From contig NC_045697.1 of the NCBI RefSeq assembly GCF_009834535.1, positions 97,218,001-97,282,000 of the forward strand: DNA of 64,000 bases, written 5' to 3'. This document shows positions 37,390 through 49,725 of the stretch, in pieces. Source of the stretch: Camelus ferus. Taxonomy: Eukaryota. Numbering within the stretch: position 1 is the first letter of the stretch; every line of letters starts with the position of its first letter. Under the pieces are notes generated by a model. That model saw only the letters and a program-made list of their open reading frames with translations. It searched no databases and was not told where the DNA came from. The translations under genes were made by a program, and so were the position numbers.

Positions 37390-38030
37390 TATTTACTTCA
37401 ATGCATGTTAACACTACTATTTTCAAGATGTTCTGCAAATCACTGGAGATTCAGAAACAGTAGAACAAGATAGACACAATCATCCCTTGTACAGGAGAAT
37501 GTCAAAATTGTAAAATAATTTAAAAAATATAAATTGTAAAAGGAACACACAAGCTTTGTGATGGATAACAGAGCAACTACATAGTGTTCAGGAAAGACTG
37601 TTTAAACAAATTTGAAGGATAAGGACGAACCAACCATGAGAAGACTGAGGGGATGAGCATTCCAGGCAGAGAAAAAACACCATGCACAACAGCCCTCTGT
37701 GAGAGTTTACTCAATTCCAGGAACTGAAAGAAAGCCAATAAGACTAGAGCAAAAGAATAAGGTCGAGAGTGGATGGATGTGAGCCTGGAAAGGTAAGAAA
37801 CGGAAACATATACTTGTTTAGCAACAATAAGGGATTTGGGATTTCTTTTTCTTTGTGCACCGAACATCCACTTAGGGTATCTAGTATGAGGTAATATTAT
37901 TTCTGTAAACATAATAAACATTTGACAGCATTATGTTGAATTTATATAAGATGGAGCCAGTGATAAAGAGTACTAGTCAGAAGGCTACTACATTTTGGAA
38001 GAAAGAATAGTGACCTGGATTAGGGGTTTG
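37390..38030 (-). mobile_element. L2 LINE fragment
   Basis: Antisense L2 motifs (gagcattccaggcagagaaaaaacaccatgcac; ggaactgaaagaaagcca; aggctactac...gtgacctggattaggg). Confidence 0.75.
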
Positions 38031-38309
38031 GAGGAAAAACAAATAATGTTTAATAGCCAAGGAGGCTCTCAGTTAAAAATACCTGGGTCTAATAACATTC
38101 GTGCCATGTACTACATTGTGACATTAATCTCCACTCATTTCTAAAGAGCCTTAAATTTACCATAAATAAAATAGAAGAGTTGCAAGTCAAGTGCCTGGAA
38201 AAGAGTTTCTCAATCTTTGAGTTTATGAAGGAGGACTCAGAATCAACACTTGTGGTAGAGGAGAAAAAGCAGAATTAAGCATTTATATAGAAATGAAATC
38301 AACTTAGAA

Positions 38310-39130
38310 CAACAAAGGTAATTTTAAAAATGAGAATAAATCCATAGAACATACATTACCTGATTTTAAGACTTAAAAAGTTACAGTAATCAAAAGGATT
38401 GTATTAGTGAAAGGATAAACATATAGATCAATGGAATAGAATAGAGAGTCAGAAATGCACGTATATCATCCTTGCTTTTAAATAAAAGTTCTAGACAGTT
38501 TATTGAAGGAAAAATGTCTTCTGACATACGGTGCTGGAAAAACTAAATATCTATATGAGAGATAAGTAAACATCAACACATAGCTCACACAATACACAAA
38601 AATCAAATTAAAATGGATTGTGGATCTGAAACTAAAAGTTAATAATGTAAAACTTTTAGAAGAAAATTTAATAGAAAATGTGTAACCTTTTGGAGAAAAG
38701 AAAGATTTCTAAAATAGGACACCAAAAGCATGAGCCTTTATAAAATGAACAGAATTTTCTCAAAATTAAAAGCTTTACCTCTTTAAAGAGCACCATTACA
38801 AAAACTAAAAACAAAAACAAAAACAAAAACAAGCTGCAGAATGTAAATTAATATTTGTAATATATGTTTCTGATAAAGACATATATTCAGATTATATAAA
38901 GAACACTCACACCTCAATAATAAGCCAACAATGCTACAGGCAAATAGTTCAACAGATACTTCAGAAGAGAAGTATGCTAATAATCAGCAAGTGCACAAGA
39001 AGATGTACTATATCACTAACTGCAAGGGAAATCCAAAGTTTAAACACAATTAAGATACCACTTCACACAAGCAATAATGGGAAAAATTTTAAAGACTTAT
39101 GTTACCAAGTGTTGGCAAGGATTTAAAATG
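38310..39130 (+). mobile_element. Old L1 ORF2 fragment
   Basis: cattacctgattttaagact...acagtaatcaaa...atagatcaatggaatagaatagagagtc; ctcacacaatacacaaaaatcaa; taccaagtgttggcaaggat. Confidence 0.85.
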
Positions 39131-39179
39131 CCTATAATGCCAAACTGATGTTTCTTTGTCTTTGTGTGACATAGCCCAA

Positions 39180-40960
39180 AGGTCAGTGAACAAAGGAGTC
39201 CATAGATTACTCTTCAGCTATAACAGAACTTATTTTAGACCAACTCTCCCTCTGAGATCTGAGAATCCAAAAGAAGTACACCCTGACAGTAGGGCTTACA
39301 GGAAATAGAATTCCTTCCTTTGAAGGAATCTCAGCTTTGAGGCATCTCAATCATTGATTAGATTAAGTTTTTCTGCTCTTAATTAAACTATCTACCAGAA
39401 ATGAAACAAAATATTCTCAGGAGGAGTACAAATTATACACAGCATCAAATTAAATCTAAAGTGTTTTCTTTTTAATTTACATTGTCTGACATTTGACAGA
39501 ATTAATCCAGCATAAAAGTATGCAATAGCTGAGTGGCAATAATCAAGATGAAAAATAGACAACAGAAACAGAGGCACAGGAGAGTCATATATATTTGAGC
39601 TGCCTGAGGGAGATTAAAATAATTGTGATTAAAATGTTTAGGCTATTAAATGAAAGTCAGGAAGTCTCATCAGAGAACTAGAATTTATAAATATATTATA
39701 CAGAAATTCTAGATCTGAAGAGCACCATACCATAACTGAATTTAATAATTCAACAAATAGCAAGAATATAAACTAAAGGATAGCATTTAACAAAACAAGA
39801 CAAAACAAAACAAAACAAAAACAACAACAACCAAAACCAGAAAGACACAAACACACAGCAAGAGGCATATGGTATTTACTAACAAGTGTTAATACTGATA
39901 GACGAAATATTTACATACTGAGGTTAAGGGGAAGACACTCTGGCTTGTAAATGATTTAACTTAAACTTCAGGGTAACCAAAACAGCCTGCTTGTGGCCTA
40001 TTAAACACGCACTGTATTTCTACTTTAACCATTAAAGAAAAGAATGTATTTAAAAAATCAAAATGGAGTAACTGTGGTTCAGACATTCAACATGGAGCTG
40101 GGTGGCCATTGTGGACATGGCTTAAGACATGTTCCTGTTTTACTGAGAAATTCAATTTTCCGAACTGTATCAGACTCAAGGATACCACCAGCCTCTCTCA
40201 AAACACTATTTACTAGCTGCCAGCTGGAACCTTAGAGTCTCAAGGTCTCCCCTTGTAACTGTGCAACTATTTCAAGCCCCAACAGATCTTTGCTTAACAA
40301 GCACTGTTACTTCTTGCCAGCTCAAATTATAATCCTTGACAAGCAATTTATGTAAATTTGTGTTTTTTACCTTTCTATGCTTCTCCCAGTTTGTAGTCCA
40401 GAGGAACACAGTTCAGATGTGTCTTGAATCTCTCTCTCAGGCTATAGTTCTCAATTTGGCTCAAGTAAAACTCTTTTCTACTACTGTTATAGATTTTTTT
40501 TATTGATTATTTCTGTTGACATTGCACATTTAATTTGCAGTTCTAGAATGTGAGAAACTTGATTGTACAGAATCAATATTTGCAGTGTTAAGAGAATTCT
40601 CTAATGTCAGTAGAGTTTAAGTTACAGACGTAAGAAGCACTGTGAACCCCAAGTCTTGAGTGAAGTTTCATAATGATGAAAGAGATAATCCACCAAGAAT
40701 ATATAACAGTTCTGAATTTGTGTGTACCTAGTAACCTAGCTCAAAATATATAAAGCAAAAATTTACAGAACTAACAGGAAAAATAGATATTTCTAAAATC
40801 AAAGTGGGAAATTTCAACATACCTCTATTAGTTATTTATAGGAGAGGCAGACAAATTATCAATTAAAATATAGGAAATTTAATATTATCCTTACAAGTTT
40901 GATCTAATTTAACCAATTAAATTATATATAACCTTGCACCAAACAATTGCAGAAAGGAAC
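39180..40960 (+). mobile_element. Old L1 5'/ORF1 to ORF2-start fragments, interrupted by an LTR at 39919-40521
   Basis: ORF1-like motifs (gaaattctagatctgaag; ataactgaatttaataattcaa) and endonuclease-region motifs (atccaccaagaatatataacagttctgaatttgtgtgtacctagtaac; gtgggaaatttcaacatacctct). Confidence 0.7.
39919..40521 (+). mobile_element. Solo LTR, probably ERV1 class
   Basis: TG...CA termini, YY1-like aaaatggagt, and 3' end gggctatagttctcaatttggctcaagtaaaactc...gttgaca typical of ERV1 LTRs. No clean TSD visible. Confidence 0.7.
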
Positions 40961-41365
40961 ATTTAGGAGAGCAGTCTCCTCTCCCAATTTGTACAAAGCT
41001 AATTAGATTTGAGAAATGAATATTTTGGCTTGTGGTTAATTTCTTGATGCCTTGTTTTTAGTTTCTGAGGCCATTTCAAATAAGTATATAGTAAATGAAA
41101 TACATTGTATTAATAAATCACAGACTTAAAACTGGAATATTTTACCAAGAATAACATTTGTTTACTTGAGGGTACATGGACACAAACTTTCATTGTTTAA
41201 ATATTGGCTTTCTGATTATTTTGACTCTAGATAAGAAACATGTCTTAACTTACCTCACACTCTTTCAGCTATCTTTTAAACCTTTTTTAATTTTCAAAAA
41301 AAATTTTAATGTCAATAAAGGTATTAGTTTGTAGGTACCCAGTAATACTGAACAATTATCTGCAT

Positions 41366-41570
41366 CAGGAGTCAGCAAATTACAGTGGGTATTCTGTTTT
41401 TGTAAATAAATTTTTATTAGGATGTAGCCATATCTCTTTTTTACATACTGACTGTAGTGACTTTCACATTACAGTGGAAGATATGAGTAGTTAAGAACAA
41501 GAGCAAAATGCCCACAAGCCTGAAAATTTTATTCTCTGGCCCTTTAAGAAAAAAAGTTTTCCAGTCCCTG
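41366..41570. mobile_element. MER58A-type hAT DNA transposon
   Basis: caggagtcagcaaatt...gtttttgtaaataaatttttatt...cccacaagcctgaaaattttattctctggccctttaagaaaaaaagtttt...ccctg. Confidence 0.85.
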
Positions 41571-41847
41571 ATCCCTGATTAAATGTTTGAACAAGCAGAG
41601 GCTAATTTGAAGAAATTTAAACCATATGGCTATCCTAAGTCTACTACTCATGTATGTTTAAAGATTTGCAAAAAGGTCAATTGTTGCATTGCTCTGATCG
41701 TTCAAGTATGAACCCTTCATATTGGAAATTGCTGTGTGTCTGTATGTAAGGCCCTGGGAACCCATACTGGAAACTTTAATGACTGAGAACTAATATTATA
41801 AATATTTCAACATGGTATGAAAAAATTGTGTAAATGCATAGACTTAC

Positions 41848-41928
41848 CATATCCTTCTTTGCAAGTTGGAAGTAATTTGGGGGCAAGGGAAATTGTTGAA
41901 ATCTCTCAACACAAATATTCAATATACT
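41848..41928 (-). other. Candidate 81-nt exon (minus strand)
   Basis: Branch-like tctaat, acceptor gtccttag| and donor ATG|GTAAGT. Phase-0 frame is open (SILNICVERFQQFPLPPNYFQLAKKDM). Could be chance. Confidence 0.3.
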
Positions 41929-42935
41929 CTAAGGACCACCACACGATGAATTAGATAAACAGCATTTTAAAAGCAGGTAGAAAATAACACCTTATCATTT
42001 ATAACCATCTTCCCTGTTCCTCAGCATGTGCCTTTTTTTTTTCCAGTTTGTTTATAAGGAATATCAAATGCATCCCAAACTCACTCCACCATATAGTTGT
42101 AACAAAAGAAAGGAGGGAAAAAAAACAGACAAGGGAAATGAAATCACATCTCTACATTTCTGGAAACAATCATGCTGTATGAGTCAGACAGCGGGTCACT
42201 GCTATTTTGTCAGAATACCATAATATAACTCTATTGAAAAACCAAACCAACACAAAAAGTAGTAAAAAGAAAAAAAAGGATAGAGATTCAAAATACCTAT
42301 AGTTTGACGCTGCCTGGTTTATCTTCATTTATGGCTAGGTATTGGAGGATCTGTCCTAGTGCCTGTCAAGATTGCATTGTTTTTCAGTCTAATCACACAT
42401 ACCTGCATACATTTTGTGCTCCAAGTATCCTGTAATAACTAAAAATAATACTGTCATAGGGATGCATCTTTCTAAATTTTAAATCTAATATACTTATTTT
42501 AATTCCACTATGCATTTTGTTAGTTTGTTTGCTTAACTTCCAGACAAACATATTAATCAGGATAGAATAGGTCGGGAAAACATGACTTTGAATTCACACT
42601 TGAGGATATGAGTACATTTCTGGATATATGCAATTCCTTTTATTTTATTGCTTCTCATTTTTGTCTATTTGTGAAAATATATCCTTGTATATGAATGTGT
42701 ATTTGTACATAATTATTTATAAATATATATTAAACATTTAACCAAAATGTCAAGCATTATTGGAACATTTCTTTTTCTCTATGAAACCCATGAGGAAAAA
42801 AAGTAAGAGTTAACGAAAAATATTGACAAATGGATATTTCATATCAGATATTAAGTTGCATAGAGTTTCCTTAGTCTTGTTTAAATCCGTATGAAGAAAA
42901 ACAGCCACTATTAAGTGGCTATCAGTACTGTCAAG

Positions 42936-43030
42936 ATGAATAGATAGATGCTAGTATAGATGGATAGATAAATAGATGTACAGATGATAGATGATAGATG
43001 ATGGGTAGATACATGCATACATACATATTA
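42936..43030. repeat. Degenerate (GATA)n/(CATA)n simple repeat
   Basis: Read directly from the sequence. Confidence 0.85.
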
Positions 43031-46000
43031 CCACACACGCACAAACACATGCACATATATATAGACTGTTGTACAATTCAAGGCCACTTGGAATTTCTGA
43101 TAATGGTCAGTAATGGATATTTTCACAAGACCTCTGAAAATTCATTTAATTAATTTAATATTGTTCATCAAACTTGAGAATGACTTAAGTACTCATTGAA
43201 AACATTAACATTGTTCCTTTTAATAAGAATTTCTATTATCTTTCAAGTCAAATATTTGCTTTATATCAAAATTTTAAACAAAAGACTAAAATACATTTTA
43301 ACAACATGCCATTTTATCTCTGTAAAGAATACAATATGATTAATTATCTAGCCCCCATATTTCTTCTTTATCTGAAAAACTAATTATGATAGTATTTGCA
43401 CATCTATTGATATCATTAACAATTTATTGCAAAATTTACTCAGCTAAAACACTTAACACATGTATAAATAAAATGTCAAGGAATTGTGGGAGAACCAGAC
43501 CATTTTCATTATAGCTTTGTTTATAATTGAAAAAAAAATTTAATAATAATTCTTTATTGTTTTCAGAATGAATAGGTGAGACAAACATCAACTAAGTATA
43601 TTTTGACAAAGAATTATTCATTTATATTATTTAAAATTTATTCTTTAATTGTAGGATAAAGTACTATTAGCAGGTGGCTATTGATGAAGCTGATAAAAGT
43701 TCATTCATTTATCAAATTTTCATTGCCTCCATACTGAGTTTGTCTTTTAAATATTTAGTACACAGAAATGAAGTACTCCAGTCTAGTGGGAAATAGTGAC
43801 TAGCAAACATTAAACATTATGCATTCAGCTAAAAATGAAGACATATCCTAAGAGCCCCATAGCCCAGTAAAAAATTTTTATACATTTTTTTCTCCACTTA
43901 ACAAATGTATAGAACTTTTTAATAAATTTCTACTTTAGTGTTAAAAAGTCTTTGTCTTCCTGTTCTTCTTGTTTTTTTCTTTTGCAGTGTCTCCAGTAAA
44001 TGCATTCATTTATCAATTGTCTGTTTGCTTTGTTTGTGCCTAGAATAAGACAAACAAAATGAAATACTAAATGTGTTAATCAAATTATTTACACTAAAAG
44101 ATATTTTACCAAATGAACTGTCCTGAAAATTGAGGATTTCTGGTTTTTGTTTTTCTAGTATAAAACTTACATGATTTTAGATTATCAGGGGAATAACTTC
44201 TAAAACTTTGAGTTTAACTACTAAATGAATATATCAATACTTAATTTGAAATTTGAGCTAATGTTTGCTTTATGTCATTTACCAGAGTTATAATAAAATA
44301 GTGGTAAGAGAACTAGCTTTGTAGTGGAAGTCCAAATAGTTTATTTTCATATTAATATGGAAGTTTTCTAACTTTCAATAGATACTTTTAAAAAAAAGCA
44401 TTAATCCTTCAAGAACAAGATAAAATCAATTGAAAAAACTGTTAATGTGGAAATCATTTTGTTCTAGGAGCAAATGTGGAAAATGATATAATCTTCAGAC
44501 AATAAAACTGTGGTTGTTTTGAGGTTAAAATGATCAGTATTATTTTCTCTTGAGCAACACAGGAAGTAAAGGGACTTTTTGTTAATTCCATCTGGCTCAC
44601 AGATGTCATTTATGGTGAAAATTGGTAATATATGAAAACCTTATGGCAAATCTGTTTTGAAACTCATTCATTTTTATGGTGAGATAAAAGGCCTAGTACA
44701 TATTATAGACATGTTGAAAGAGAATATATTTATATAAGCAAATCTAAAAAAATTATGCTGCTAAGTGGTAATCTTTTTCAACTAATGATTCTCATCTAAA
44801 ATAATTTTCAGCATTTTTTTACCAGTCTAAAGATTGACCTTTGAATAAAGTATTTTTAAAGAAATTTAATTCTATTACTAAATGATATATGGATATGTGT
44901 AGCGAATATATTAGAGGAATACTCTTACTCATTTAATCATGTTGTTAAGGTTTGGCTTATGAATCATTTCTTTGGAAATTCTGCTATATTCTTTCTTTCA
45001 ACTTGAATTTGGTTTCTAAGAAAACATTAACTAGATACTTTTCATTTATTTTTTAAAATGTATGTACAATATAACAGTTTAAAGATTTGATTGTAACAGT
45101 ACTAAAGCGAAACTTTAAAATGATGTCCATAGTCATAGCACTATACGTATTGAAAGTATATATAAATGGTTTTTATTCCATACCTGGCTTTCTCACCAGG
45201 ACTGTCGTTCGCATTAGAAACAATCTGGCTGATAAATATGGTGTGATATTCTTCTGATAGAGTCAGTTATTGTCCTGAGCCTGAATTACTGAATCTTACT
45301 TTCTTCCTGTTCTTCCCACCGGGGCATAAATTCTCAAATGTATCTAGAGTCCTTACAATTAGAAAGTCACACTCCCTCCTGCGGGTCAGCTAAGAGGCAA
45401 AGGTTGTAAGTTCAGAAAATACTGCTGAACAAAGCAGCTTATGCTTTCACCTATAAACTTACAGACACACAGATATATTTTCTCAATATCACACAGAAAG
45501 ATGTGACCATTGCCTGTAGTTTCGGGGCAGGCGTCTGTGCTGATATGATAACACTAAGGCCCAGTAAACACAGCATTACTGTGATATACAGCGTTCTTTT
45601 TAAACCAACAAGGTTACACTTAATTATGGCCTCATTGAAACTGAGTTAGATGTGCAATAGGCAGAAATTGAAGTGGGAAGGAAGGGTTAGAGGAGGTGAG
45701 TGTATAATTTAAAAAAATGCTTATCTGTGCCTTTTCTGTGCCTCTACAATATTTGAGAACAATTTGAAATTTTGAATCCAGGAAAACATCCTCCATTCTT
45801 TTCATTTCTTTGACCAGTAAATACCGTATTTGTTTGACAAGGTGCATATTGCTAAAATGGCATCAGGAATTTTCATTATTAGGTTTAGACTGGGAGAATT
45901 TAAATATGATGTCATAAAACTAAATGTTAATTCAGTGCAACAAGGATGACTTCATAGCTTCTCTGAGCAATTTGGGGCACACTGTAGGCAATGGCAGTCT

Positions 46001-49000
46001 CTTTTCACAGATATGAACCCGGCTTTTGGGAAAATGGGTGGAAAGTAACCAGAAAGAATGATAGCCAAATATACTCAAATTGCCTACCAAATTGCCGCTC
46101 AGCTGAGATTTAGAAGACTTCAAAGTTACATGCAAGCTTTAAAGATGTTAACAATACTGCTTATTCATTGAGGCATTCCAACAGCTAACAGTGCAAATGA
46201 GTGAAATATTCAGTACAACTTTCTGATGTAATTATTTGGGGCTTCAGGCCCTGGCCAGTTTTGAGCTTCTGAAACTAACAACTCTACAGTCAACTTAAAA
46301 ATCAATAACAGTACTTGATTTTAGTCATATTTGTTGCTCTCTAGAATTCTGATAGGTACCGTGATTTTATAGCGTTGATCATCTACTGTGCTCTTTGTCG
46401 ATGTGAAAAACACAAACATCAATTTCAGTTACTTGGAAAAGTTTATGAGAACTCATGAAAGCATTTCATCCATCTTAACATTCTCCTTACAGGAGTTAGC
46501 AAATCTGTCCTTTCTTTATGAGAATGTAGCTTTGCCTAGGAAGATAAGTAATCAGGTACTATTCAAGTGGAATCACCCAGTTTTAAAAATGCCTATTTAA
46601 GGGTTTTGTTGTTGTTTGTTTGTTTTCCAGTTTCTTGGCTGATTAGGATATATTTATAATAGAAAATCTTTTGAATAAAATATAATTTATTATTCAAAAA
46701 AGTGGATCTGTAGCAGATTTAGCTGTTTTTCAGAGTGTACACCTGTGTAGTGCAATGGAATTACAGGTTTTAAAAAGGACTGCTTCAAAAGACAACATTA
46801 ATTTTCTTCCTTGTAGCTTAGGTCCTCAGTCTTTCTGGTGTGTGTGTTCAGCTGGTTCTCCAAACCTTGGTCACAGTCTTGCTGACCTTGGTTGCCTAGT
46901 TACAAAATCCTCTTTGTGATCTGTGAGATGCTTGTCTTGATGGAGAGCAATGGATTATTTTTTCCTAAAGTAAACTTAAGAGAGTTTCTATTTCAGAGTA
47001 GAACATATTAAAACCAGTATATTTTGCCAAATTTAGAATTTGTACTTCTTAGCAACTAAAATTATGAACTGGAATTTTTCCTGTCCAAATTCTATTTAAT
47101 ATTGCCAACATTTACTGCCTGGTTCTAGAGAGTAGTTTCTCAGACAGCTAAAATTGCAATCTAAGCTCCTGAAAAAGTGAGGCAACTTTATAAAACATAA
47201 AGTATAAATATAAGAATGTGTTACAGAATGTCATTGTATGTCTTCTGAAGACAAATATTTTTAAATGAATCAATAATGTATATACACTTAGTTTTTCCAT
47301 TCTTTCTAAAAGTGAACTTGAGAAGGACTATATTTCTAATAATCTTTGATGCCAGAAAAAGGATCTATGTTGTACATTTCTTCATGTTTGTTATCATAGT
47401 ATTTTTCTCTAAAAGTTCCACATCCCCGTGCCAGACTATCATATTATTTATCAGATAAATATTTGTTCAAACTTTTATATCTAACTTTCTGGGGTTTTCC
47501 CTAGAAAATAAGATCTGCTGGTGTGTATATACAATTAGACAGTAATTTAATGAGCTTAAATACACAAAAATAATAACGCTTATTGTGAGAAAATAGGTAT
47601 ATAATTCTGGAGATTACTTGAAACAGAAACCAATCGGCAAACTGAGCACAAGCACCATGGTCAAGGTACAAAATCACAAATCTATTATATCATAGATCCA
47701 GTTTGCTACTTGGACACTTAAGTGTGGAGTCCCATTGAAGTTAGTATAATTGGTACCAGCTGTTTAACTGTTGCTTTTTGTTTTGTTTTGTTTTGGACAA
47801 GAGCCAACTTGACTTGAAAGCAATGCCACTAAAAAGAAGAGACTGAAGACTGATGCCAATGTGGATGTATGTATTTCTTTCAAGCCGTTTTCCCCGAGCA
47901 GTTCATCTCAAGGGCATGATGATTCAAACACAGTAATAGTGGTAATGGGTTGCTTGACTGCTAAAAGACAGCTGGACTGATTGAAGCTGAATGGAGTTAA
48001 AAAAAGAAAAATTCCCTTTTAGACTTTTTCTTTATAAAAGAGTAATTTCCCCTCAAAAATGTGGCAAATGATTTATTTTCGTCCTCCTGATATTTTTCTG
48101 TAACATAATATTCTATAAGACTTATTTGTAGCTAAAGTAAAAATGGGCCCTGAATCTCCAAATTTTAGTTTCTTCATAATTATTTTCCTTCATGAAAGTA
48201 TTAAGCAAAAACTATTTTTTGCTAGAATCCAAATGTCAGATAATATTCTTTCCTCCCTCCAAATCATACTGACATAAAAGACTGTATAACTGAGACATAG
48301 CTCAGATATCATCTAAGAGGTTTATTGAAATTGATACTATTTAATATTGAAACCTGGATTAACACTGAGTCTCAATTCCTAGCCAATGATAGTTCTATTC
48401 TATGACATAATAACCTTCTTCCCTATTTTGCTAAATAGTGATTTTTAAAAAAATACTTGTTATTTTAAATACACTGTAAAATTCCAAGCTGATCAGTGAA
48501 CACAAATTGACAAATCAAACTTTGCAAAACTAAAAGATAGAAGTTTCATTTTAGACAACTGGGACCTTTTACATGTACTAAAAGTAGTAGAAAGTATGCA
48601 AAGAAGTATGTTTAAAAGGAATGTTTAATCTGGCAGCAAGGGAGTTAAAAGAATGTTAATATTAAAGACATGAGAATTGAGAAACCAAGGCAAGAATGAA
48701 GGTGTCACTCTCAGAGGCACATTCAAAAGCGACAGGAAGAAAGAATAGGAGGAAAGCAATGAAAAAAGAAAAGTCTAGGCTTGAAAACAACTCTATAAAA
48801 CAAAAGAGGAGTATTAGTGCATGAAGGGAGAGTTCATGTTCTGGATGATGAACCGTTTATTCATCTAACCAACATGTACTGAGCACATTACCATCTTTAT
48901 CGTTGCTCAGCATCTTTGTCCTTAAGCATATTTGTTTAAATGGTCTTTTTGCATTCCTTGTGTCTCTGGAAGAACGTGGAAAGGAAAAAGCATCTAACGT

Positions 49001-49180
49001 ACAGCGTAAGAACTGGAAGGGCCTTTTGTTATAACAGAGTACTCTGCAAATAGGTAATTTGGCACACCTGAAGATAAAGATGAATTGTCCTACACAGTTT
49101 GTTTTATTAATTATCCTCTCTTCACTCTTTCCAGATCTCCTATAAGTACCTTCTACTTTCTCCAGTATTGAGGATCTTAC

Positions 49181-49270
49181 CTCTTCCCTACTTATTCTGA
49201 AGGAACCTTGAGTCAACATTTGATTTATGGGCGAGGAGAACATATTAACTTGGTCATCCTGAATGCACTC
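49181..49270 (-). other. Candidate 90-nt exon (minus strand)
   Basis: Branch-like tactaaa, weak acceptor aactcatag|G and donor GAG|GTAAGA. Phase-0 frame is open (ECIQDDQVNMFSSPINQMLTQGSFRISREE). Could be chance. Confidence 0.2.
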
Positions 49271-49527
49271 CTATGAGTTGATTTAGTACTATGACCAAAA
49301 GGTCTTTTAAATAGAGAATAAGTCAGCCTCACAAAGAAGTATTCGCAATTACTCATATATTCCACCTCTAATTTTTCTCCCATATTACTAAAGCACAATA
49401 TTTTTAAGGCCAGGTGAGGGTTGGCTAGTACTGGATACAGTAGGGCTTTTCTTGGACCATAATGTTATCAGTAGGTGGGTCCCCAACCTCAGCTATCTGT
49501 CAATGAGGAGAAAACAATGAATCAGCT

Positions 49528-49725
49528 CAGAGTTCCTCTCCCCTGGCACTACGGACATTTTGGGCCAAATCATTTTTTTGTTGTGAGGGACTGTCTTGTG
49601 CACTGTAAGATCCCTGGTCTCTACTCACTAGATCCAGTAGAGTGCCCCTTCCCCCCAAATTATGACAAATAGATGGCTCCAGACATTCCCCAGTGTCCCC
49701 TGGGGACAGCAGTTGAGATTTGCTG
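49528..49725. mobile_element. MER20 hAT DNA transposon
   Basis: ggcactacggacattttgggcc...ttgttgtgagggactgtcttgtgcactgtaagat...ccctggtctctactcactagatccagtag...ctccagacattccccagtgtcccctgggg matches MER20. Confidence 0.9.

Noticed and set aside
43540..43582. 9-nt plus-strand microexon-like signal (tttcag-AATGAATAG-gtgaga)
   Set aside because: It appears to lie in a degraded L1 3' fragment, has stops in two frames, and has no host gene.
48857..49243. 128-aa single-exon ORF
   Set aside because: No recognisable homology; its 3' end runs into L2-like sequence. Only the first part is retained as a weak exon candidate.
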